Below, in pieces: positions 18,488 through 27,982 of a stretch of 30,509 bases of DNA. The DNA comes from Candidatus Undinarchaeota archaeon (lineage in GTDB: Archaea; SpSt-1190). The notes beneath the pieces were generated by a model. The model was not told where the DNA came from and ran no database searches. It saw nothing but the letters and a program-made list of their open reading frames with translations. How positions within the stretch are numbered: position 1 is the first letter of the stretch; each line of letters opens with the position of its first letter. Location of the stretch: NCBI GenBank assembly GCA_964549355.1, contig CAZJUS010000007.1:1-30509 (forward strand), read 5' to 3'. The translations under genes were made by a program, and so were the position numbers.

Positions 18488-18973
18488 TTAGGGTTTGTAG
18501 CCGAACTTCCTCAGCAAGGCGTGCCTTGCTTTTGTTTCTTTCTCCCCTTCAACCCCAAGAGGGGGTGCGCCGTCCACCACGCCTACAATCCCGCGCCCAA
18601 GCTGTGTCTCGGCGACCACGACCTGCAGAGGGTTGGCTGTCGCAGCCCACAAGGTCACTATTTCAGGCACCTGCCTGAGGCGGGGCAGGACGTTGATGGG
18701 ATAGCCTTCCTTGAGGAAGACAATGAAGCTGTGGCCGGCGGCAATTTTCTCTGCATTGGCCACCGCCAGGTCCATGAGGTCTTTGTCATTGCCCGCTTTC
18801 CGGATGAGGCGGGGGTCCGAGGCCTCGCAGAAGGCCAGCCCAAATTTTATGCCGGGGGCGGAATCCGCCACCGCTTCGAAGACATCCTCCACAGTCTTGA
18901 TGAAGTGCGAGGTCCCAAGAATCAGATTGACATGCTCGGGCTTCTCGACATCTACGACTTTCAGCTCAACCAT
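18488..18973 (-). CDS. Adenosine-specific kinase family protein
   Basis: '[15 protein letters not shown]', 'FGLAFCEAS', 'AAGHSF', '[28 protein letters not shown]'. Start at MVELK (18973) preferred over 18994. Confidence 0.88.
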   Translation of the reverse strand: MVELKVVDVEKPEHVNLILGTSHFIKTVEDVFEAVADSAPGIKFGLAFCEASDPRLIRKAGNDKDLMDLAVANAEKIAAGHSFIVFLKEGYPINVLPRLRQVPEIVTLWAATANPLQVVVAETQLGRGIVGVVDGAPPLGVEGEKETKARHALLRKFGYKP

Positions 18974-19036
18974 GCATGGGTTGGGCCCGGTCATTAATAA
19001 AAATAAAGATTATAAGCCCCCGGCTCAAAAAATCGC

Positions 19037-20131
19037 ATGGACGACAAAACCCGCCTGGAGCTGATAACCCGGGAGCCGACTGCCGAATTCTTGACTGAGG
19101 ACGAGCTGAAGCATGCAATAGACGCCGGCACGCCCCTGAAGCACTATATCGGCTTTGAAATCTCGGGCAGGATCCATCTGGGGACAGGCCTGAGCATCAT
19201 GAAAATGGCGGACCTGCAGAAAGCAGGGGTTGAAACATCAGTCTTCCTTGCGGACTACCACACCTGGATAAACAATAAGCTGGGCGGGGATTTGGAGTTC
19301 ATACGCAGGGCTGCCAGGGAGTATTTCGGAAAAATTGCCGTGGAGCTGGTGAAGGTCGGCGGGGGCGATCCCAAAAAAGTCAAGCAGGTGCTGGCCTCCG
19401 ACATCTACAACAATGATTACTGGGCCACCGTAATCAAGGTTGCCAAGAACACCGGCATCTCCCGGACCATGAGGAGCGTGAGCATCATGGGGAGGGATGA
19501 AGCCAAAGCCAAAAGCATGCCGACCGCATGGGCCATCTACCCCATGATGCAGGCTGCGGACATACTCTTCCAGGGCATCAATATAGCCCACTCGGGCATG
19601 GACCAGCGGAAAATCCATGTGGTCACCAGGGAAGTCGGGATGAAAGTGGCCGGCTACAAGCCCATGGCCCTCCACTGCCACATGCTGTTGGGCCTGCACA
19701 AGCCGGCGGTCTGGCCTGTGCCGAAGGACAAGGAGGGCAGGTGGGCCATGTTCAAGATGAGCAAATCCATTGCGGGGAGTGCAGTCTATGCGGACGACTC
19801 GGAGGAAGCCATCCGCAAAAAAATCAAGAAGGCTTTCTGCCCGGAAAAGGAGGTGGGCTACAATCCGGTGCTGGACTGGACCCGCCATTTTGTCTTCAGC
19901 CCCATGTTCAAAGAACCTGACTTTGAAATTGCCCGCCCGGAGAAATTCGGCGGGGACGTATCCTACAGGCATTTCGAAGACCTCAAGCGGGACTTCAGAG
20001 CCGGGAAGCTGCACCCTATGGACCTGAAGGCCGCCCTGGCGGACCACATAGCCGGCATGCTCAAGCCCATAAGGAAGGCAGTTGCAGGCTCGCCGATTGT
20101 TGAAGCCATCCAGGAGCGGACCACGCGGTGA
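19037..20131 (+). CDS. tyrS: Tyrosine--tRNA ligase (archaeal type)
   Basis: YIGFEISGRIHLGT (HIGH-like), YPMMQAADI, GMDQRKIH, KMSKS, LHPMDLK. Confidence 0.96.
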   Translation: MDDKTRLELITREPTAEFLTEDELKHAIDAGTPLKHYIGFEISGRIHLGTGLSIMKMADLQKAGVETSVFLADYHTWINNKLGGDLEFIRRAAREYFGKIAVELVKVGGGDPKKVKQVLASDIYNNDYWATVIKVAKNTGISRTMRSVSIMGRDEAKAKSMPTAWAIYPMMQAADILFQGINIAHSGMDQRKIHVVTREVGMKVAGYKPMALHCHMLLGLHKPAVWPVPKDKEGRWAMFKMSKSIAGSAVYADDSEEAIRKKIKKAFCPEKEVGYNPVLDWTRHFVFSPMFKEPDFEIARPEKFGGDVSYRHFEDLKRDFRAGKLHPMDLKAALADHIAGMLKPIRKAVAGSPIVEAIQERTTR

Positions 20132-20140
20132 GCCCGCATA

Positions 20141-21244
20141 CTACGCAACAAGCCTCACAAAGAAGCTGGAGAATATGGCAAAATAGAATATGCCTGTGAA
20201 GGCCGCCAAGACCCTGGGGAAAGGCAGGCTGGTCTTCAGGCCTCCCCGGGTTGCCTTATAGTATGCATAGCTGATGAGCATAAGGAGTATTGGGAGCGTC
20301 AGCTCGCCGGCCACAGCCAGCACATCAAGGAAGCCGAAGCCGAATACCACTGAAGCTGCATAGATGAGGAGGGCAGGGCCTGTTGTAAGGGCTGTCGAGA
20401 CCTTCCGCGGGAGCTTGAAGTCATAGTTGTAGATGTGCTGGGTGCAGAGTCCAATCCCAATGAACGAAGTCAGGAGGGCGAAGAGCGTGAACAGCGAAAT
20501 CACCACCTCAAAGAAGCCCCCGTAGTATATGGCCAAGCCTTCCGTCCCCAGGTCGGTCATCTGCGGGCCCAGGACTCCAATAGTGGAAAAAGAGAATGCA
20601 ATATAGAGCAGGACGCAGATGATGGTGCTTATGGCATAAACTTCAGTGCCACGCCCTTTGGAGAGGTAGTCCGCTTCAGGAAGAATGTTGATGCCGAAGA
20701 GGGCGAAGAGCATGGTGCCTGCAATAACGCCCAGCCCTCTGATGCTCCCGCAAGAGCCGAAAGACAGGCCGGAAAAATTGAAGCCGTTGGCAACAGATAT
20801 AGCGACAAGAAAGCTCACGAGTATTATTGAAAGGGGTTTGTCTATTTTTTCAACAATCCTGGTCCCGCGGAAGACCACATAGGTGCCGAAAATGAAGAAG
20901 GCCAGGCTCGCAAGCACATCGTTCAGCGGGAGTATGACTGCCAGCTGGCGGCCGAAGCCTATCAGATACGCTGAAAGGGCGCCGTACATGGAAAAAATCA
21001 AAGTCAGGTAGATGAGGATTTTCCATTTTTCACCGATGACGCTCGAAATGAGGGCGGGAATCTGAATGGGTTTCTTTTCTTTGTTTATGAGGTCGGAAAC
21101 CATCGTCCCGGACAAAATCAGGAAAAAGGCGATTACTGAAGAAATTACAAGGCCAACAGGCCCGGATTCAAAGAAGGCCATAGGCAGGGCCAGCACACCT
21201 GCGCCTATGGTGGTGGAAATGGCCAGAGCAATCGCACCCAACAC
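20141..21244 (-). CDS. Amino acid permease, aromatic amino acid (TyrP/Mtr-like) family
   Basis: About 11 TM helices; 'TTIGAGVLALP', 'YGALSAYL', 'LLTSFIGIG'. Start uncertain (GTG). Confidence 0.8.
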   Translation of the reverse strand: MLGAIALAISTTIGAGVLALPMAFFESGPVGLVISSVIAFFLILSGTMVSDLINKEKKPIQIPALISSVIGEKWKILIYLTLIFSMYGALSAYLIGFGRQLAVILPLNDVLASLAFFIFGTYVVFRGTRIVEKIDKPLSIILVSFLVAISVANGFNFSGLSFGSCGSIRGLGVIAGTMLFALFGINILPEADYLSKGRGTEVYAISTIICVLLYIAFSFSTIGVLGPQMTDLGTEGLAIYYGGFFEVVISLFTLFALLTSFIGIGLCTQHIYNYDFKLPRKVSTALTTGPALLIYAASVVFGFGFLDVLAVAGELTLPILLMLISYAYYKATRGGLKTSLPFPRVLAAFTGIFYFAIFSSFFVRLVA

Positions 21245-21375
21245 TGTAAGCTTCAGAAATCATCGCATTTATGCTTTGCTGGAGGGCAGGTATTTTAAAC
21301 TTCAAAGTGAAAAGTTCATGTGCTTGGAGGAACAGAAGAGCCGAATGCAATCCATTACCACGGCTTACCGATGAG

Positions 21376-21933
21376 ATGAAAGAAAGGGTGAAAAATGAGA
21401 AGGGCGACTACGCTGCCAGCACCATCTATGGCTTCGAAACAGACTTGGACGGGGTGCACGTCTACAGGGGAATCCATGTGAAAAATGCCAAAGGGTTCAA
21501 GAAGAAATTCTACGACAGCTACACAGAGATGATTGACGAAATAATGAATGAAGCGGACAAGCTGGACCGGAAAGACTTCTATGAACGGGTCGAAACTGCT
21601 GCGCACGAAGCCTTCCACGAGCTCGAGATGTATAAAAACTTGGACCAAATGGCCGGCCAAACTTTGTCCGGAGCGGGCCAGGAGCTGTCGGAAGCCGAAG
21701 AGGAAGGCTACGTGTCGGATTCACTCGCAAAAGCAGAACTTGAAATTGAAATGCTTGCTGAGAATTACCGACGGCAGACGATACAAACAAAGGGCTACGA
21801 AATCAGCGACAAGCTATACACGAACTATATTGAACCGGCAATGAAAATTGTGAATAACATGGAATATGGCCCCTTAATAAAACATGCTCCTGAGTTTTTG
21901 AACTCAATAGGCTTTCTTTCGAGTTACCGATAA
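21376..21933 (+). CDS. Hypothetical protein with HExxH motif (possible zinc metallopeptidase)
   Basis: TAAHEAFHELE with downstream E-rich helix (AELEIEMLAE). ORF open from 21271, but the 5' part looks non-coding; start uncertain. Confidence 0.55.
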   Translation: MKERVKNEKGDYAASTIYGFETDLDGVHVYRGIHVKNAKGFKKKFYDSYTEMIDEIMNEADKLDRKDFYERVETAAHEAFHELEMYKNLDQMAGQTLSGAGQELSEAEEEGYVSDSLAKAELEIEMLAENYRRQTIQTKGYEISDKLYTNYIEPAMKIVNNMEYGPLIKHAPEFLNSIGFLSSYR

Positions 21934-23223
21934 AATTTCCGCAGCCTTCTCAGGAGTTTCGACCACATCGAATTTCTCAATCAGCAAGTCATTCACTTTT
22001 GTGGCAAATTTTCCGGGAGGAGAGACAATAATCAGTGGTTTTCCTGAAACTTTGATTTTATTCACAATAGTTTCATTGAGCTTCGGCAACTGGAAGAGAA
22101 AAATTGCAATCAGGGCATCAACTGCTTTATCTTTGGAAACATGTTTAAGTGCAAACTCAAAGTCATCAGGGGTGGCACTGCCGGTCAGGTCGAGGGGATT
22201 GCCTACAACCACATGCTCAGAATAGTGTTTCTTCAGTGTTTTTACTGTATTTTTGGAAAGGTCCGCCAGCTTCAGCCCGTTTTCCTCAAGGGCATCGCTG
22301 GCCATTACTCCGTAACCGCCCCCGCAGGTGACAATCGCGACCCTTTGGCCTTTGGGTTCGGAAGTATCCAAAAGCTTCAGGGCCCCAAGAAGCGTATCAA
22401 CATCATTCACCATTGAGATGTTCTTTTGGGTGAACACTCCTTGGTATATCTTGTAGCTCCCTGCCATCGCACCCGTATGACTTTTTGCAGCACGGACACC
22501 CTTCTCTGTCTTTCCAGACTTCAATGCAATAATCGGTTTCTTCACTTTCACTTTTTTGAAAAACTCCTTTCCATTTTTGAGGCCTTCAAGATAGAAACCG
22601 ATTGCTTTTGTTTTTCTATCTTTCATAAAATATTGAAGAATTTCAGTCTCATTCACATCAAGCTGGTTCCCATAACTTGCAATTTTGCTGAATCCAATTT
22701 TCATTTTATTGGACCAGTCTATCAAAGAAGCAATAGTCGCACCGCTTTGGCTGAGGAGTGCTATCTTCCCAGGCTTCGGCATATCAACTCTTTCAGTCGG
22801 GAGGAATGTTGCGTTCAAATTCACAGAAGGGTTCATCAAACCGAGACAGTTCGGCCCCCATACCCTGATTCCAAAATCATTTGCGGTTTCCATAATCTGC
22901 AAATCCAAATCCTTCCGCCCAACTTCACCGAACCCTCCTGAGAGTATAAGAGCCCCTTTGAGTTTTCCTGCAACCTGGCGGAGGGCATCGGGAACAAGGG
23001 TGGCGGGAATTACAAAAATGCCCAGGTCGATTTTCGGCAGGGTCTCGGGGGTGTATATTTTCCTGCCTTCAATTTCATCAATATTCGGATTGACAGGGTA
23101 AACCTGCCCTTTGAAGCCCCCTTTAATCAGGTTTTCGTAGATGACACGGCCGGGTTTGTCCGGACTCCGGGAGACGCCAAAAACGGCAATGCTTCTTGGT
23201 CTGAAAAACACATCAAGAGTCAT
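21904..23223 (-). CDS. acdA: Acetate--CoA ligase (ADP-forming) alpha subunit
   Basis: CoA-binding N-terminus (FRPRSIAVFGVS), GPNCLG, SQSG, phospho-His motif AAKSHTGAMAG, GGG.GV, NPLDLTG. Confidence 0.9.
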   Translation of the reverse strand: MTLDVFFRPRSIAVFGVSRSPDKPGRVIYENLIKGGFKGQVYPVNPNIDEIEGRKIYTPETLPKIDLGIFVIPATLVPDALRQVAGKLKGALILSGGFGEVGRKDLDLQIMETANDFGIRVWGPNCLGLMNPSVNLNATFLPTERVDMPKPGKIALLSQSGATIASLIDWSNKMKIGFSKIASYGNQLDVNETEILQYFMKDRKTKAIGFYLEGLKNGKEFFKKVKVKKPIIALKSGKTEKGVRAAKSHTGAMAGSYKIYQGVFTQKNISMVNDVDTLLGALKLLDTSEPKGQRVAIVTCGGGYGVMASDALEENGLKLADLSKNTVKTLKKHYSEHVVVGNPLDLTGSATPDDFEFALKHVSKDKAVDALIAIFLFQLPKLNETIVNKIKVSGKPLIIVSPPGKFATKVNDLLIEKFDVVETPEKAAEILSVTRKKAY

Positions 23224-23258
23224 GACACTAAAAGTTTTGGTTGGATTTAAGCCTTGAG

Positions 23259-25895
23259 CTACCGGCTGTACGACATTTCATACTGGGATGTGTTGGTCCT
23301 GAAACTGCTCTGGAGTTTCTTATAGTACTCAAGCAGTTTATCCGACAGGCTGGGGCCGACTTTCAAAATAGCGTCCTCAAAATTCTTTTGTGAAACGATT
23401 TCCTTTCCGTCCCGCATCGCGAACATTGCAGCCTCCATACATACTGCATAAAGATCCGCACCGCTGAACCCTTCAGTCGCAGATGCAATCTTCTCGACAT
23501 TCACATTTTTCAAGGGCATTTTGCTGGTGTGAATCTCAATAATTTTTTTTCGGGTCTCATAATCAGGCGGACCAATATACACAAATCTGTCTACACGTCC
23601 GGGTCGCAGGATTGCAGAGTCAATGAGTGCAGGCTTGTTGCTTGCAGCCACAAATATTATCCCTTCACGATTCCCAATTCCATCCAATTCAGTCAATAGT
23701 TGGTTGACTACTCTCTCAGTAGCCCGATTCACATCAGTGCCTCGAGTCGTTGCAATTGCATCAATCTCATCAAAGAAAATAATGCAGGGCGATAGTTGCT
23801 TCGCCCGCCTGAAAAGTTTCCGCACAGCACGTTCACTTTCTCCAACCCACTTGCTTAAAATTTCAGGCCCTTTGATTGATATGAAGTTGGCGTTGGCCTC
23901 GTTGGCAGCCGCCTTTGCCAGCAAAGTTTTCCCGCATCCGGGAGGGCCGTAAAGAAGCACCCCTTGGGGCGGTTTGATTCCGAGCTTGATGAATTTTTCA
24001 GGATGCTTGAGTGGCAGTTCAATAGTCTCCTTAAGCTCGCGTTTCGCGTCCTCCAGCCCCCCAATATCGCCCCATTTGACATCGGGCACTTCAACCAGGA
24101 ACTCCCGGAGGGCGCTCGGCTCAATCTCGCGCAGGGCCTGGATAAACTGCTCGTATTTCACTTTAAGCTTCACAAGCTTCTCTTCAGGAATTTCTTTCTC
24201 GACATCTATGGCCGGCAGTTCACTCCTGATTGAAATGAGGGCGGCCTCCTTCACAAGCCCTGCCAAATCAGCGCCGGTGAATCCGGGCGTCTTGTCGGCA
24301 ATATTCTCCAAAAACAAATTCAGCAGCTTGTTGTAAAGTTTTCTTTTCACATTTTCAAATTCATTTGACAGGAAAATTAAAAGTTTCCATAATTCTTCAG
24401 GTGTATCTGAAATTTTCACAAGCAATTCCAATAATTGCTTTTGATTGCCTTCAAAAAAATTAAGCGTTTCAGAAAGCAGAAGTTTCAAATCTACTTCTTG
24501 CTTCGATTTTAAAAATTCAACAACATGCGGTTTCTCAGGCAGTTGCCTTGCCAGCTCAGGATAATGTTTAGAAACTATTTCAACAAATTTTGAGATGAAA
24601 TTTTCAGAAACCTGCCGGGTGTCCTGCTGGTTTTTGAAGGCATCCACAAAAAACTGCCCGAGTGTTTGATTGTTTTTGAACTGCTCAGGCAGAAGTTCAT
24701 TCATTAATTTGCCTGTCAAGGACGGCCGCCATGAGGCAACATCAATAGGCATGCCTCTCGTATGAATCATGAGGATTTCTTTTCTTCCTTCCGCATTCGG
24801 GACCCCTATTGCAATCTCCCTGTCGAATCTTCCCGGCCGGCGGAGGGCGGGGTCGAGTGAATCCGGCCTGTTGGTGGCTGCCAGGACCATGACCTGCCCG
24901 CGGTCTATCTGCCCGTCCATCAAGGTCAGGAGCTGGGCCACAGTCCGGGCTTCAACAGACATGACATCGTCCCTCTTCTGGGCAATTGCATCAATTTCAT
25001 CAATAAAAATAATGGCGGGGGCGTGTTTCTGGGCTGCCTCAAAAATCCTGCGGAGCTTCTCCTCCGCCTCTCCTGCAAATTTGCTCACTATCTCGGGGCC
25101 GTTTATCCTGATGAACCTGGCGTGGGTCTCGTCCGCAATTGCCTTGGCCAGCAGGGTCTTGCCGCATCCGGGAGGCCCGTGAAGCAGGATGCCCTTCGGA
25201 GGCTCAATGCCAAGCCTCGCGAAGACTTCCGGCCTCTTGAGCGGGAGCTCTATGATCTCCCGGACCTTGTTCACCACCTCTTTCATGCCTCCGATGTCTT
25301 CGTAGGCTGCAACAGGCCTCCTGTGCTCCTCCTTGCTGGGTTCGGCGGCCTCGATTGATATGTGGGTCTCCGCAGAAATATAGTTGCCGTTGTCCGGGGA
25401 CACGTCCTTTACAAAAAAGCTGATTTGTGAACCAAAAAAAGTGGCGGCTTCAAGCTCGCTGCTGTAGTCGGGCCGGAGGCCCCTCGGGAGGGGGCGGATC
25501 TGGATCCTGTCGCCCTTGGCCATCACGCGGTACCTCAGGACGTTGGAAAGCAGGACTGCACTGAGTTTGATGCGGGTCGATCCAAGGGGGGATATCACAA
25601 GCTTGCGCATGGGGGTCAGCTTGGCTTTTGACACCTTCACTTTTTCCCCCACTATGGCACCGCAGTTGCCACGGATAAGGCCGTCCATGCGGATTAGGTT
25701 CAGGCCCACATCACGGGGGTAGGAAGTGTCGGCGACTGCATAAGTTGTCTTTGAGCCTGTGATCTGGACAGGCCCCCCTTCCGGAGGCAGTCCAATATCG
25801 CGCATGAGTTTCGAATCCATCCGGATGATGCCCCGTCCAGTGTCGTTCTGGTTGGTGATGGGGATTTCAGCCACGCGCAGCTCCGTATACTCCAC
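23259..25895 (-). CDS. cdc48: CDC48/VCP family AAA ATPase with insertion in D1
   Basis: N-domain (DTGRGIIRMD); two Walker A motifs GPPGCGKT; Walker B IFIDEID and FFDEID; RRPGRFDRE; C-terminal MSYSR. Confidence 0.96.
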   Translation of the reverse strand: MEYTELRVAEIPITNQNDTGRGIIRMDSKLMRDIGLPPEGGPVQITGSKTTYAVADTSYPRDVGLNLIRMDGLIRGNCGAIVGEKVKVSKAKLTPMRKLVISPLGSTRIKLSAVLLSNVLRYRVMAKGDRIQIRPLPRGLRPDYSSELEAATFFGSQISFFVKDVSPDNGNYISAETHISIEAAEPSKEEHRRPVAAYEDIGGMKEVVNKVREIIELPLKRPEVFARLGIEPPKGILLHGPPGCGKTLLAKAIADETHARFIRINGPEIVSKFAGEAEEKLRRIFEAAQKHAPAIIFIDEIDAIAQKRDDVMSVEARTVAQLLTLMDGQIDRGQVMVLAATNRPDSLDPALRRPGRFDREIAIGVPNAEGRKEILMIHTRGMPIDVASWRPSLTGKLMNELLPEQFKNNQTLGQFFVDAFKNQQDTRQVSENFISKFVEIVSKHYPELARQLPEKPHVVEFLKSKQEVDLKLLLSETLNFFEGNQKQLLELLVKISDTPEELWKLLIFLSNEFENVKRKLYNKLLNLFLENIADKTPGFTGADLAGLVKEAALISIRSELPAIDVEKEIPEEKLVKLKVKYEQFIQALREIEPSALREFLVEVPDVKWGDIGGLEDAKRELKETIELPLKHPEKFIKLGIKPPQGVLLYGPPGCGKTLLAKAAANEANANFISIKGPEILSKWVGESERAVRKLFRRAKQLSPCIIFFDEIDAIATTRGTDVNRATERVVNQLLTELDGIGNREGIIFVAASNKPALIDSAILRPGRVDRFVYIGPPDYETRKKIIEIHTSKMPLKNVNVEKIASATEGFSGADLYAVCMEAAMFAMRDGKEIVSQKNFEDAILKVGPSLSDKLLEYYKKLQSSFRTNTSQYEMSYSR

Positions 25896-25951
25896 TCAAG
25901 AAAACGATGCACCCATATATTAAGCTTAATCCCTTTGCGGGGGGTGGAACT

Positions 25952-26548
25952 TTATTTTTTGTCCCCGTCTTTGCGCCAGCCGCGGATGGCGCCGCTGCCG
26001 TTGACAGTTTCACACAGCTTGCCTATGGCCCGGTCCACATCTTCAAGCTTCTTCAGCCCGACCAGAACGCACTTGCCGCTCGAAAATATCAGGAAGGTTG
26101 CGGAAGGGTCGTAGATTTTGAAAGTCAGGCCGGGAAACAGTTCAGGCGAATAATAGCTGTCATAAATTTCGTGGACAAAGTTTTCAAGATTTATCTCGAC
26201 ATGCAGGTCCAGGCTGAGGACCAGATTCTGAATTTCAATGTCGACGTCTTTGATTTTTATGCTGAGCTTTTCTTTGGCTTCTTCCTTGAATTTCTCTATG
26301 GCCAGTTTCAAGCCGTCAAAGCTTTTGACCCCGGCCAGGACAGCCTTGCCGTTCTTGAACAGGAGAAAAGTATAGCCCTCCCTTTTGCGGTAGATTCCGC
26401 CGGGAAATGAGCTGGGGTCGTATTCGGCCCCCAGAATCCTCGAAACTTCCGGAAGGTCAAAACCAACATGAAAATCAAGGCTCGCCACAAGATTCTGGAC
26501 TTCTCTGTCAACTTTTGCAGGGTCCACTTGGATTTTTCCGCCGCCCAC
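25952..26548 (-). CDS. tbp: TATA-box-binding protein (divergent)
   Basis: Two direct repeats: QNLVAS...EYDPSSFPG.IYR...LLFKNGK and QNLVLS...YSPELFPGLTFK...LIFSSGK. Confidence 0.9.
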   Translation of the reverse strand: MGGGKIQVDPAKVDREVQNLVASLDFHVGFDLPEVSRILGAEYDPSSFPGGIYRKREGYTFLLFKNGKAVLAGVKSFDGLKLAIEKFKEEAKEKLSIKIKDVDIEIQNLVLSLDLHVEINLENFVHEIYDSYYSPELFPGLTFKIYDPSATFLIFSSGKCVLVGLKKLEDVDRAIGKLCETVNGSGAIRGWRKDGDKK

Positions 26549-26552
26549 ATTT

Positions 26553-27419
26553 TTATTTATAAATTCCCTTTATATAAGCATTAGCCGATGCCAGAGGGGC
26601 GGATTTGGGCCTGTCCTGGGCAATTCTGGGGCATGCTGTAACCACCCAAAAATCAACTTTGAAGTTCTCAATCTCGTCGGTTACCATGTCCCCGGCAACC
26701 ATGACTACTGACTTCCCAAGCTCTTCAAGCCGTTTCCGGAGTTTTTCAGCCCCAGCCAAGTCAAACTGGCCGATTTTCGAACTCATAAGGATGCCTACAG
26801 TCTTGGCCGTTGAAAGCAGGGCCACCGGATATTTTGGAGGCTCTGCAGGCTCACCCTGCCAGTTGAAAACCGGCTTGCCGAGGACGGCCACTGCCTGGGC
26901 ATGGAAAAGCCCGTCTGAGCACACCACAAAGCCGTCAACCTCATCCAGGACAGAGCGGGCCGCTTCGATATCGCATCCAGTGACCTGCCCTTTGTAGGTG
27001 GCCATGAAGCCGGGCCTGCCCCCCATGACCACCTGCCTCCCGGCCTTTTGAAGCCTGCCGGCATACTTGCCGGCTGCTTTTTTGTATTGGATTGCATACA
27101 CAAGGCCGACCCGCTTGAAAGGCGGAATAAAGGAGGCATCGAAATCCATGGCCACTTCAAAAAAGTGGATATTGCCGGGGAGCTTGAGGGACACGGGTTT
27201 GGAGTGGCCGAAAGCAAAGATTGCATCGGCTTTGAATTTTTCAAGCAGGAAAAATGGGACGTCGCAGGATCCGAAGCACGGCTCGGCAACAAAGAGGGGC
27301 TCGGGGACCAGTCCGGAGAGGGATTGCCATTCGCACATCAGGCCTGCTGGCAGATGAAACAAGACTCTCCGGTAGCCGTGCCTGTCGACTGTCCGCCTGA
27401 CCTCATCCAAGGGAATCAT
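26553..27419 (-). CDS. dph2: Diphthamide biosynthesis enzyme Dph2
   Basis: HLPAGL plus three Fe-S ligand Cys motifs: PCFGSCD, GQVTGCD, VTACPRIA. Confidence 0.9.
   Translation of the reverse strand: MIPLDEVRRTVDRHGYRRVLFHLPAGLMCEWQSLSGLVPEPLFVAEPCFGSCDVPFFLLEKFKADAIFAFGHSKPVSLKLPGNIHFFEVAMDFDASFIPPFKRVGLVYAIQYKKAAGKYAGRLQKAGRQVVMGGRPGFMATYKGQVTGCDIEAARSVLDEVDGFVVCSDGLFHAQAVAVLGKPVFNWQGEPAEPPKYPVALLSTAKTVGILMSSKIGQFDLAGAEKLRKRLEELGKSVVMVAGDMVTDEIENFKVDFWVVTACPRIAQDRPKSAPLASANAYIKGIYK
26570..26577 (-). promoter_or_regulatory. Putative TATA box for tbp within the dph2 3' end
   Basis: Minus-strand TTATATAA 22-29 nt upstream of GTG 26548. Confidence 0.5.
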
Positions 27420-27982
27420 AATCCAAGAAGCTCTCGGGCCTTATTAAGATGCTTGTCGAACTTCTCTTTTTTGTGGGCTTCGTCAAGGAACCACAAGGCC
27501 TGGTAGCTCCTAATTCCTTTTTTGCTTAACGCCTTCACAACAGACAGCTTGTCATCTACAAAAATTAAATTTGGATACTTTTCATGGAGGGCGCAGACGA
27601 CTTGAATTTTTCTGTCATCACTATCGACCACAAAAATGTTGTCTACGTCAAGCCCTGAAATTTTTCTGGATTGGTAGCCGTCCCCCACCGTCACAACAAA
27701 AATTTTATCAAATTTTTCACGGAGTGAATTGAAAATTTCAGCAACTCCCCCTTTCCAGAACTGCTTCACTTTTTTAAAAAATAAATTTTCGGCAACTTCC
27801 ATTCCAACTTCTTCAGAGACAACTTTTACCATCGTAGTCAAATCCTTTCTTCCAAGATTTGCACTTTTTTTGGCAACCTCGTCAAAATCCAGATTCACAT
27901 CTGAAAGCCTTTTCCGCAACAATACAAAGTATCTGTTGGTATCGAACAGCACCCTATCCAAATCTAGCGCAACAACCTGCAT
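27416..27982 (-). CDS. HAD superfamily hydrolase
   Basis: Motif I ALDLDRVLFDT, motif II VVT, motif III K, motif IV FVDD. Confidence 0.8.
   Translation of the reverse strand: MQVVALDLDRVLFDTNRYFVLLRKRLSDVNLDFDEVAKKSANLGRKDLTTMVKVVSEEVGMEVAENLFFKKVKQFWKGGVAEIFNSLREKFDKIFVVTVGDGYQSRKISGLDVDNIFVVDSDDRKIQVVCALHEKYPNLIFVDDKLSVVKALSKKGIRSYQALWFLDEAHKKEKFDKHLNKARELLGL

Noticed and set aside
19238..20047. 269-aa minus-strand ORF
   Set aside because: Antisense shadow of GC-rich tyrS with no recognisable motifs.
24312..24740. Possible intein in Cdc48
   Set aside because: No N-terminal Cys/Ser block, no His-Asn followed by Cys/Ser/Thr, no LAGLIDADG motif, and the site is not in a conserved motif.
25907..26410. 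167-aa plus-strand ORF
   Set aside because: Antisense to the clearly recognisable tbp gene.
26553..27419. Functional link between His-modifying Dph2 and the His-rich precursor
   Set aside because: Dph2 is a housekeeping EF-2 modification enzyme, about 19 kb from the precursor in a separate operon; nothing in the sequence ties them.
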